NCBI GenBank assembly: GCA_965240325.2
Contig: OZ251226.1
Coordinates: forward strand, 2,356,001 to 2,420,000
DNA length: 64,000 bases
Direction of reading: 5' to 3'
Origin: Rebecca billardiae RCC1528
Taxonomy: Eukaryota > Protista > Haptophyta
Shown: positions 20,203-30,921 of the stretch, one piece after another
Numbering within the stretch: position 1 is the stretch's first letter
Layout: each line of letters begins with the position of its first letter
Translations under genes and position numbers: made by a program
Notes under the pieces: generated by a model
The model's database searches: none
What the model saw: only the letters and a program-made list of their open reading frames with translations
Told to the model about the DNA's origin: nothing

Positions 20203-20716
20203 CCTGCTGCCCCCTCCACGAGGACCGAGACGACTCGCCCCCGGGCGACGACTTGGACGACGAGGAGGTGCCGCAGCAGCGGACGAATATATAATACGGA
20301 ATAAGCGCACTCGCCCTGGACGACGCCGCAGCGCCAGCCGCCGCCGCCGAGCCCGAGCCAGCTGGCTCAGAGCGCCGTGAGCGCGAGTACGCGACCGCGC
20401 CCGGGGAGCACGGGGCAGGCTCGACCAGCTGCTACCTACCAGCGGCTGAGACTGCCAGCTGACATGCGGACCTGCGCCCTCGCCCTTGCTCGCGGGGCAC
20501 GCGGCAGGTCCACGCGAGCCGCGCAGCGCAGGTGGATCGCGCTCCAGCAGCTCAAGCTCAAGGCCGCGCTCAAGCCAATAGCCATTCGATCGCGGTGCAG
20601 GCTATGCTCTGCCACCAACGCCGACTTCGTGTCGACTGTCGACTATCGGGCACTGCCGCCGACGAATTAGGAGACCTGCGAGTCGTCCTACTTGTGTCGT
20701 TAAATCCTAGAATGAG
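20203..20716 (+). mobile_element. 5'-truncated, degenerate copy of family B
   Basis: Colinear with 16230-16688 but carries many short duplications and insertions. Confidence 0.7.
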
Positions 20717-20939
20717 AGTACGGGCCATGCCATCAGTCGTCATCATCAGTACATTCGCCGTGTCATAACAGCATTCTCACAGAGTCAGAGAGTCCCGCGG
20801 CCGCTGGCGCTGAGTAGTGAGTGAGCCCCAGACTCCGAGGCGGCCCCGGCCGCGGTGGCCCCCGGGCCCGCCGCCCGCCGGCCCCCGACGCCGACCCGCA
20901 ACTGCTATACTGAGTCTGACAGCTCAATACTTATGGCGC

Positions 20940-23900
20940 ACGGCCCCCCCGAAAGCGGAAAGGTCTGAGCGTGAGCGAAAGCCGGGGGGGGCGGCGCACG
21001 TGCTCCGCAAAATCAAAAAAGAGGATGCGCGCAGGATTTGGGGGATTTTTGTAGGTGGATTTAGGTGTGAAACCGCAGCATTTGTGTCCATATCGCTGCT
21101 CATGATTGCGTTTGTACTGCTCCTTAATCCTTGGATAGTAAGTAATAGAAGAAATCGGAATCAAATAGGACGAAGTCATCTCTGATATCATTCTGATAGT
21201 CAAGACTCGTGTGTTGAACTGACCATAAAAAGGTGAGATATCGAACTAATTCTCTGGATAGCTGTTCACTCCTCAGATTCATCAAAGCGACGCGATATGG
21301 TATTGCGCGGGTAGCTTGAATCGACGTTCCCGCGCGCCCTGGCCTTAGTCTTGGCCTAATGTGGGTGGCATTCGACGTACCTCTATCTGCGAGGATTAAC
21401 AGCTCTCTGAAAACGAGTGTGTCCTGGACAGCTTGAAAGGGGAAATCCAAATTTTGCGGTTTTAACCCAAGATTCTCATGCCCATATTCAGCATGAGTAG
21501 TCATAGGACAATTCATCGGTGAACAGAATCCAGAAGCCTGGCTTCTTGATATCGAGATCCGAGTGAAAGCCAATCAGCGTGGTCTCCAACTAGCTTGTTA
21601 ATCACCTGTAAATGGTAAAGGTGATTAGTGATCACCCGCGTGATAGATGTGATTTGAGATTATTGTGAGCAGCCTGAAACCATAATCATAAGCGCGAGTT
21701 GCGAGTCGTGAACCGTCACTTTGAAATCGGACCCCCGTGCGAGGCGTCACGTGCCGCGCCACACCACGCGCCGCACGCCGACGCGCCGACGCTGCGCGCA
21801 TACGAGGTGGCGCAGCTGCTGCTCGAGGTGATTGCGCACTGCGCGCTCGACCCCGCCGAGCCCGCCGCGTGCGCCACCGCACCGCGCCCTCGTGGCGGAC
21901 GGCGGCGCCCGGCGTGAGTGACGGCGTCCGCCGGGCCGCCGTGCGGGCGATGGCGCGCGGCGCGTGACCCGACATTAGCCGACATACGCGGCGGCGCTCG
22001 GCCGTGCGGGCGCGCTCGCGCGGCTATGGACTCGCTCGAGGGAGCGCTGTGCGCACTCGCCGAGCCGCCGCTGCCCGCCGCCGCCGCAAGCCGCAGGCCG
22101 CTCGCGCGCCGCGGCCGCGGCGAGGCGCGCCGGCGGCGGCGGCGTGGCGCGCTGCGGAGGCGCCGCTGCTGCCGCCGCGCGCGGCGCAGCGGCTTCTCGC
22201 GCAGTGGTCGGGCGCGGCGCTGTGGCTCGCACCACTGCACCGCGCCCTCGTGGCGGACGGCGGCGCACGCGGCCGCGGCCGTGTGGGCGATGGCGCGCGG
22301 CGCGCGACCCGCGGCGCTCGGCCGTGCGGGCGCGCTCGCGCGGCTATGGACTCGCTCGAGGGAGCGCTGTGCGCGCTCGCCGAGCCGCCGCTGCCCGCCG
22401 CCGCCGCAAGCCGCAAGCCGCTCGCGCGCCGTGGTCCTGGCTGAGGCGGGCGGCGGCGGCGCGGCGCGCGCCGCAGAGGCGCCGCTGCTCGGCCGCCGCG
22501 CGCGGCGCCGAGCGGCTTCTGCCTTCTCGCGAAGTGGTCGGGCGCGGCGCTGTGGCTGCTCTGCGCGCAGCGCGGCTGCGCACACAACGCGCGTGCGAGC
22601 TCGTGTGCACCCCCGGCGCCGCCGCCCGGCTGTCGGATCTTATTGCGCGCCGCTCTGCCTCAGCTGCGTCGCCGTTCACACTGAGCCGAGCACTTGGCAG
22701 TCGGCTGACTCGCCAGTGTGACTCGGCTGCACGGCGCATGCACCGTCCGACCGTCCGACCGTGTCGTCACAAGCCGGCTGCTAGGGCCGTGCGCCCTCAA
22801 CTTCGTTGTTCACTACCCGAAGATCGGCGTAGCCGATCATGGCCCGCGGTGCAGGGCGGAGCGCGCAGCGTGGAGCCCGCACCAGCGGGCCCGAACAACG
22901 TTTCAAAAAGATCTTTGATCAAGAAAAAAGGGACGGGGGACGATTTTCATGGCTGGAGGAGACCGAGTTTCGAATTTTGAGACCCTCTCTAACCGATGCA
23001 TCACGGCCGAAAAAGGTCGCGCCCACGGCAAGTTCATAGTAAAGCGTGGAGTGACGCCCGTCCAAAAAACTTCACGCCCTTTAGGATCCCTAACGTAACG
23101 AACCGTTACAAGCGATTTTTCCGGCCAATGAGATTGCAGCAAGGTCCAAGGAGCGATGACGTATCTAGATAGATCGAGACTGCCGCGAACCGATGTGACC
23201 ATGTACGTCCCTTGAATCAGTTGAATCAACTATTCAATCGCGCCGTGTCTGTATCAGGAGCCGACGAGGCAAGGGTCAGTAGCCGATGGGCCAACCTCGG
23301 CGAATCTCAATACTATCTGACGCGAACGGACTTGGTTGGGCGCGCGCGTGGCCCCGGGCGGGCCGCGCTGCGGAGGCGCCGCTGCTGCCGCCGCGCGCGG
23401 CGCAGCGGCTTCTCGCGCAGTGGTCGGGCGCGGCGCTGTGGCTCGCACCACTGCACCGCGCCCTCGTGGCGGACGGCGGCGCACGCGGCCGCGGCCGTGT
23501 GGGCGATGGCGCGCGGCGCGCGACCCGCGGCGCTCGGCCGTGCGGGCGCGCTCGCGCGGCTATGGACTCGCTCGAGGGAGCGCTGTGCGCGCTCGCCGAG
23601 CCGCCGCTGCCCGCCGCCGCCGCAAGCCGCAAGCCGCTCGCGCGCCGTGGTCCTGGCTGAGGCGGGCGGCGGCGGCGCGGCGCGCGCCGCAGAGGCGCCG
23701 CTGCTCGGCCGCCGCGCGCGGCGCCGAGCGGCTTCTGCCTTCTCGCGAAGTGGTCGGGCGCGGCGCTGTGGCTGCTCTGCGCGCAGCGCGGCTGCGCACA
23801 CAACGCGCGTGCGAGCTCGTGTGCACCCCCGGCGCCGCCGCCCGGCTGTCGGATCTTATTGCGCGCCGCTCTGCCTCAGCTGCGTCGCCGTTCACACTGA

Positions 23901-25740
23901 GCCGAGCACTTGGCAGTCGGCTGACTCGCCAGTGTGACTCGGCTGCACGGCGCATGCACCGTCCGACCGTCCGACCGTGTCGTCACAAGCCGGCTGCTAG
24001 GGCCGTGCGCCCTCAACTTCGTTGTTCACTACCCGAAGATCGGCGTAGCCGATCATGGCCCGCGGTGCAGGGCGGAGCGCGCAGCGTGGAGCCCGCACCA
24101 GCGGGCCCGAACAACGTTTCAAAAAGATCTTTGATCAAGAAAAAAGGGACGGGGGACGATTTTCATGGCTGGAGGAGACCGAGTTTCGAATTTTGAGACC
24201 CTCTCTAACCGATGCATCACGGCCGAAAAAGGTCGCGCCCACGGCAAGTTCATAGTAAAGCGTGGAGTGACGCCCGTCCAAAAAACTTCACGCCCTTTAG
24301 GATCCCTAACGTAACGAACCGTTACAAGCGATTTTTCCGGCCAATGAGATTGCAGCAAGGTCCAAGGAGCGATGACGTATCTAGATAGATCGAGACTGCC
24401 GCGAACCGATGTGACCATGTACGTCCCTTGAATCAGTTGAATCAACTATTCAATCGCGCCGTGTCTGTATCAGGAGCCGACGAGGCAAGGGTCAGTAGCC
24501 GATGGGCCAACCTCGGCGAATCTCAATACTATCTGACGCGAACGGACTTGGTTGGGCGCGCGCGTGGCCCCGGGCGGGCGGGCGGCGGCCCACCAGAGGC
24601 GGCCCGCGTTTGGAGGCGAGCCACGGGCACGAGGCTCACGAGCGACCGACGCGGGTGAGGACGGCGATGGGCAGGTGCGCGCGGCGAATGGCGCCTGGAG
24701 CGCGCGGCTGCGGCGGGTCCCGACTGCCGTCGACATCGCGTTCGTCGTGCCCCCGCTCACTCCGCGCGCCCCCGCCGCCCCTGCCGCCCTGTCGATGCCT
24801 CGGCGCGGCCTTGCGCGGCCCCGGCGCGTCCGCGAGCCGGCGCCGCAGCCGCCGCCCTGTGTTCGGGCTCTCGCAAGCTCGGGGGCAGCGGCGCCTGATG
24901 CCGGACTGATCGATCTCTGAGCCTTCGACTTCACCACGCGCCGCCCTTGCCATGCCTTTCCGGGGTCTCCCAGAACTCTTCTTGATTGAGAGAGAGCAGG
25001 CGCGCCGACGATCCGAGTCCATCGTCGGTCGACTCTGAGCGAGGGCTACGCCTCGGAACTGAACGGTACTCTACGAGGAGGACGAGCTGCGCGGGCGACG
25101 GTGGTGCGTGACGTCCCCAGAGCTGGCCGTGCCTCTGCAACGCGTGCCGAGCCTGATCGAGGTGTGTCAGCTGCCCGTGCACGCGCGGCGAGTGCGCGAA
25201 CCGGATCACCGGTGCCCTCGCACCTCGGCACCGTGCTCCCTCGGGCTGTCAGCTCCGCGTGGCCTGGCGTGCACGTAGAGTTGCGCTCATGCGTCGATCA
25301 CGCCTCGCGCCCGCCTGCCGGCCGTCGCGCAGGCGCTGGTCGAACCCTACTCGGACCCTACTCCTCCAGCCCTACTCCCGGGCGCTGCCGGCGCGGGGGG
25401 TGACCCCGGGGACAGCGGTCAGCAGCAGCGGCCCGAACGAATCCGCGGCCCCGCACCGTGCTCCCTGGCTGTCAGCTCCGCGTGGCCTGGTGTGCACGTG
25501 GAGTCGCGCTCATGCGTCGATCACGCCTCGTCGCATCCGCCTGTACACAATCGGCGCCGCGCCGGCGGCTGCAATGGGCCCGCCCGGCGCGGCGGGCGGC
25601 GGCGCGCCGCTGATGGAGTCTAGTTGTACGGGCATATGCAACTGGTCTGTCAATAGACGACTGCGACGGAGGGTGCACCGCCACCGCGGGCCCTGAACTA
25701 CGTTCGTTCTACGGAAAAAGGACCGCGGAACGCGGTCATC
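20940..25740. mobile_element. Putative non-autonomous or composite transposon region (AT-rich blocks, internal repeats, hairpin termini)
   Basis: Low-GC non-coding blocks at about 21000-21720 and 22900-23330, ~320-bp imperfect repeats at 21880-22430, hairpin motifs at 22822, 24038 and 25721. No recognisable gene. Boundaries approximate. Confidence 0.4.
22148..24579. repeat. Tandem duplication of a 1216-bp unit (22148-23363 / 23364-24579)
   Basis: Identical ORF translations at a constant offset of 1216. Blunt junction at 23363/23364. Confidence 0.92.
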
Positions 25741-26135
25741 TATATCTCGCGCTGTATGGCGCGCATTTCCGCAGTATAACTATACTCGGATTCTATCGGT
25801 GACATCATGATGATATTAGTCTGATCTTACTAAGTAACTGCGCTTGCCGCTATTCCGCGCATGCATGCATATATATCCGCATCAGCTCACAGCTGGCGGC
25901 GTCAGTACAGCGCAGTCTGTCGTCTTGAGCTAGTATTTGCCTGATGATATGACTATATATACTGCATCATTAGTAGCAGGCAGTAGCTGTAAGCAGGCCG
26001 AATCGCAGAATCGGCTCGGCCGCGGACCCCTGATGAGTGAGGCCCTGAGTGAGAGTACTGCTATACTTAACAGATTCTTACTAGATGAACTTATAAGTCG
26101 TACTGCGGCCGTACTCCACTCTCCAGCAGTCGCGA

Positions 26136-27035
26136 TTAGTCTGAGCCCAGGGCAGAGTTGTCGATCAACCGCACCGGCGGCTCGCCCAGCCACGCAGCGA
26201 GCAGTATCCGCGTGTCATCGTGCAGTTCGGTCGCAGGCTGCAGCGAGTACGGCTCGCGCAGCTCCAGGTAGTCGAGGGAGAGCTCGGCCGACGCGCCAGC
26301 GGTGAATTCCGACGTGAGCTGCGCGCAGAGCGCATCCGCTGAGCGCTCACCGTCGGCGAAGAGGCGCCTCGCACGCTCAATGGTGCGATGTAACGCGAGC
26401 GCGTCGTGCCGCTGCGTCGGCTGTAGGTACCGATTGCGCGAGCTCATCGCGAGGCCATCCGGCTCGCGGACAAGAGGCACGCCGTGGACGGCGACAGGGA
26501 CGTGGAACGTGCGCACGAGCTGCTGGATGAGCACGAGCTGCTGCCAATCCTTCTCGCCAAAGTAGGCCGCGTTTGGGCGGCACAGCTGGAACAGCTTGAG
26601 CACGACGGTGCACACGCCCGCGAAGAAGTCGTGCCGGCTCGTGCCACAGAGCTCGCGGCCGCGTGGGCCAGGGTCGACGTGCATCACGTCTTTCACGCTG
26701 ACGCGCGCGGAAGGATCGGCGCCGCCGACGGGAGGGTAGAGGTCGGGCACGCTCGGAAACCAGACCAGGTCCGCGCCCGCCTTCATCGCAATCTCCACAT
26801 CCTCCGCCTCGTGGCGTGGGTAGCGCTCAAAGTCCTCGTTTGGACCAAACTGCGTCGGGTTGACAAAGACGCTCACCACGGTGACGTGGCCCTCATCGCG
26901 GCAGCGGCGGATGAGGGATGTGTGCCCGGCGTGAAGCGCGCCCATCGTCGGCACCAGACCAATCGTGCGGCCACGAGCTGCCCAGGCACCCACAGCCGAA
27001 CGCAGCGCGGACGTGTCCACGCGGCGCACCCCCAT
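26136..27035 (-). CDS. panC: Pantoate--beta-alanine ligase (pantothenate synthetase)
   Basis: VPTMGALHAGH, SVFVNPTQF, YFGEKDWQQL, REPDGLAMSSRN, VRLIDN. Confidence 0.97.
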   Translation of the reverse strand: MGVRRVDTSALRSAVGAWAARGRTIGLVPTMGALHAGHTSLIRRCRDEGHVTVVSVFVNPTQFGPNEDFERYPRHEAEDVEIAMKAGADLVWFPSVPDLYPPVGGADPSARVSVKDVMHVDPGPRGRELCGTSRHDFFAGVCTVVLKLFQLCRPNAAYFGEKDWQQLVLIQQLVRTFHVPVAVHGVPLVREPDGLAMSSRNRYLQPTQRHDALALHRTIERARRLFADGERSADALCAQLTSEFTAGASAELSLDYLELREPYSLQPATELHDDTRILLAAWLGEPPVRLIDNSALGSD

Positions 27036-27422
27036 GCTGGCCAGGGCGGAATCACCGAATTAGCTGGGGAGCCGTGCCCGTGTCCCGGGATTTTGCAAAG
27101 GCGGGGCGAAAATGATCGATTTAAAATCCAGACGCGGTCTTTTACGACTCTTTTTTCGTCCTCACGCGGCGGCGGGAGCGCTGCGGCGACCGTGGGGAAC
27201 GACCGAGGGAGGGCTGGCAAACGGGCGGGCGCGGGAAGCGGTTCAACAGCAAAGCGGTCCATCAAGCCGTGCGGAAAAGGAGGTGGACGTCCACCAGGGT
27301 GCCCACGCAACGCCGGCAACGGGCCGGCATGCTCGCGACCAAGATCATCAGAAGCGCGCTGCAGGCCCTCGGCTTCAATGCAACCGCCGTCGAGTGGTTG
27401 CATTATTGAGCCTGCTGGCGGC

Positions 27423-30400
27423 TTATTTGCGGCGCCGGCGGGAGAACCTACGTACGCGCACGGCCGTGCCGAACAAGGAACAGCGAGGCGCCACGAGGGC
27501 TGGGGCGCTTGTCAGTGAGCGGTCACTGTGACTTGCTGTCGTTAGCCCAGGGCGGTCATTGGTGCGATGATTCACCACCGGCAGCAAAGGGGGGGGCTAC
27601 GACGCGACACAGCAGCAGGGCGCGCTACGCGCACGCGCGCGCTAGGCACGCACCACTCCTGCGCAAAGGCTTGAGCAAAATGCGCCTGGAGCTGCGCTTT
27701 GCTCGCCTGGTACGCCGACGCCTGCTGCTTCAGCCAGCGATAGGCGCCCGTGCCGCCCTCTCCGGACACAGCGGCCAAGGCGCCGCGCTCGTCCGCGAAC
27801 GGGTCGCCCGCAACACCCCGCGCCAGTCTGCTCAGCTCGGGATCGGCGAGGGTTGTGGCGAGGGTCGTGAGCAGCGGACGCACGCGGTTGAGGAGCGCGG
27901 ACTGTGAGACAGAGCTCACCGCCTGAGCGTGCGGCGCCGTCGTTTGAGGGGCACGGGGAGGGGCATGCGCGGGGTGAACACTCACGGGGCACGGGCAGGC
28001 GGATGCGCCGCGCACCGGCGGCGCACGGGCAGGGCAGGCGCGCCCCGAGAGTGAGCAAGCGGTGCACAATGCACGCGCATGCGCGCGCCCGCGTGCCGCG
28101 CCGCACCCGCATCAAGCCTGCGGCGTGCATCCTCTCTTCGAGCGCAGCGATCAGCGCACTCGCGGCCTGGTGACGCGCGAGCTGCTTGTTACTCGCGGGT
28201 GGGCCCTCGACGCGCACGCTGCCCAAGGCGGGCGTCTCGACCGCCGCGGCGAACGTGAACTGCGGGTCGTGGTCGGGGCCAGTGCGCGCCGCCTCCGACA
28301 GCTCTGCGCGGCGGCGCGCGGGCCGCGGCGTGGGCGGAGGCAGCGGATGGCGTGAACGGCGTGCGGCAGGGCACGCGGCGAATCGGGCACACGCGCCCAG
28401 ACATCAGCTCGCTGCGTCTCTGGGAGCACGCGCGCACGCACACCTGGCTCGGGCCAGCCGTTAGCCGCGCACGTTTCGAAGAGCGCGCTCGTCAGCGCCG
28501 CGGGCGCGACCCCGTCGAGTGAGTGCCCAGCGCTCGCGCGCAGCAGCTCAATCGGCCGGAGGGGTGAGACCGGCCGGCCGGCCTTCGCCTCGAGGACCTC
28601 GGCCATCTCATCGCCGGCTGCCCAGACCCACGCGAGCGTGCTCGCGCTGCCCTTGCTCGCGCCGGGCCGGCCGGGCGGGAGCACCTGCCCCGGGACGGTC
28701 GACTCGGGCACCCAGGCCAGGCTCGGGTGGTTGAGCGCGTGCGGCCACGGCAGCAAAGCCTCGATGCCGCGCGCGCGGCAGCAGAGCGCGCGGCTCAGCG
28801 CGCCGTGCGAGAAGGTCGGGCCGCCGGTGACGACGCTCGCTAGGAAGACCGGGTGCGCGAGCAGGTGCGCGAGCGCGCCGCCCTGAACCCCGCACACGTT
28901 CCAGCGGAGCAGCTTGTCGCAGCAGGACAGCTTGCGCGCACGCGGCAGCACCGCGCTCAGCTGGACGCATGCCGAGTGCTCCGCGGCGCGCGCCGCGGCG
29001 AGCCGCGCGCTCGCCTGCGCCGCGAGGGCCTCGGCCTCCGCCAGCGCTCGTGCCGTCGGCGTGTCGGCGTCGCCGAGCGGCCCGGCCGCGCGATCCGCGC
29101 CGGGCGGCGGCTCCGAGCCGCGGCCGCCCGCGGCCGCTTCCTTGTCGTCCGCAGGATCGGCGGTACTTGTCAGCTCAGCCGCGCTGCGCTTAGCGATGCG
29201 AGCGCGCGCGGCCGGTGCCGGAGCGCCGTCGGCCGCGGGCATGCACGCGTCGTCGGCCGCGGCCATCACACCATCGTCCGCACCGGAGGCGGCTCGCGGC
29301 TCGGCAGGAGCGGTGGCTGCGGGCACTGAGACGGCAGCAGGATCGGCCGCCTCGGCGCGAGCGCGCGCGCGCGCGGCGAGTGCGCGCGCGCGCAGCTCCT
29401 TCTCCTCGACCGTCAAGTCTCGCACGAGCTCGGCGAGTGCTGTCGGTCCGATCGTCGGCGGCACGGGCGTGAGTGACTCGCCCGTGTCGAGGCGCACGCG
29501 CAGCACGCCGTGCGTCTTGCGCCGGCTGGCGGCGTCGGAGCCCGCGGGCCAGTGCAGCTCGAAGGGCACAGGGTCCTCCTGCAGCCCAAGCATGGCGCCG
29601 CCGGGCGCGGCGTGCCAGTTGCACGTCAGCCGACGGCACGGCCGCTTGAACCTCTGCTCGAGTGGGTAGATCTCACCGTCGCCGCACGGGCACGAGCTCA
29701 CGTAGAGGTGGAAGCGCACACCGGGCTTGAGCGCGAAGCGCTGGCGTGGCGGCTCGGCCGCCGCCGTCGCCGAGAGCTCGAGGACCGAGGGCTCGCCCCG
29801 CGCACAGCTGTGCATCTCGTCCACGAGATACCGGCGCAGCGCGCGGCGCGCGAGCACCTCGGCGTGGGCGTCGAGCACGACGTCCTCGTCCGGCACGCGC
29901 ATCTGCTCGGTGACGAAGCCCGTGCCCACCGCGACCGCGACCGGCCGCAGGCTGATGGGCATGCCATCCGCCCTCTGGATGACGCGCACGCCGCCCACGT
30001 CCGCGGTGCCGGCCGCCAGTCGGGGCGGCAGCCGCAGCCCGGCTGGCACCTCCTGCACAATGCTCGCGACGCACGTGTGCGCGGGCGTTCGCACGCCCTT
30101 GCGCGCAAGCGCCGTGTACGCATCGACGGCTAGCCGGACGATGGCGACGGCGAGCGGGTCGTCCACGGGCTCGTCCGCCAGGCAGCTCAGCGCGTGCTCA
30201 GCGGCCGCGTGCCGTGCGCGCTGCTCGGATGCGCCGCAGCCCTGCGCGATGAGCACGCCATTGATGAGCGCGTCGACGCCGAAGACTCGCGGCATGGGCG
30301 AGTGCGCCGGCGGCGCCCACGGGATGAGCTCGACGCTCAGGCCCTGCTGCGCCCCGAGCTCGAGCAGCTGCTGCACGGGCGTCCGCTGCGCAGCGCCGCG

Positions 30401-30787
30401 GCCGGCTGCCCCGGCTCGGCCGGCCGGTGGCGCGGACGTCGGCCGCGCGGAGGGTGCGGCCGCCGGAAGCGGCGCGACCTGGGAGGCAGGGGAAGAGGCC
30501 AGCTGGCTACCGCTGCCTCCGTCGTACACCGGCGTCCGTGGGTCCCGCAGCGCGGCGAGCGCCGCCGCACGCCGGGCGACCTTCTTGCTGCTGCCGGTGC
30601 CCAGATAGGAGAAGCGCGCGGGCTCGTCCGCCGGCCCAAAGGTGACACGCACGGTGTGCGTCCGCTCGTGGTCGTGGCCTGTGGTCCCGCGGTCCGCGTA
30701 CTCGGGGATCGCCCACTGCCGTCGCTGGCACGCCACCTGCAGGCGAGAGACGTGGTCGTCGTCGCTCGCGAGCCCCTTGACGCCCAT
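27423..30787 (-). CDS. ADAR-like dsRNA adenosine deaminase (dsRBD-dsRBD-deaminase with a third dsRBD inserted), 4 exons
   Basis: Exons 30787-28444, 28303-28107, 27922-27654, 27447-27423; the last intron is less certain, with an alternative stop at 27572. Motifs DAHAEVLARR, FHLYVSSCPCGD, GVLRVRLDTGES, KLSCCDKLLRWNVCGVQG, YRWLKQQASAYQASK, plus three dsRBD signatures. Confidence 0.88.
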
Positions 30788-30921
30788 GGCGGACGAGTTC
30801 GCGAGGTGGGCCCGCAAGCGGCTCTTGAGTGTGACGAGATCGATCTATTTATTATAAAACCGTCCATGCGCTTTCAAGCCGCTGGAGCTTTCAGCAGCAA
30901 TAAATCCAGCATACAGTTTAC

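Noticed and set aside
21124-21573. 149-aa ORF in the AT-rich block as a transposase fragment
   Set aside because: Non-ATG start and no DDE, HUH or RT motif recognised.
27423-30787. Calling the deaminase a plain tRNA deaminase ADAT1/Tad1
   Set aside because: ADAT1 lacks dsRBDs and has an LRTKPGRG loop. This protein has three dsRBDs and a GE-type flipping loop. A phylogeny is still needed to confirm.
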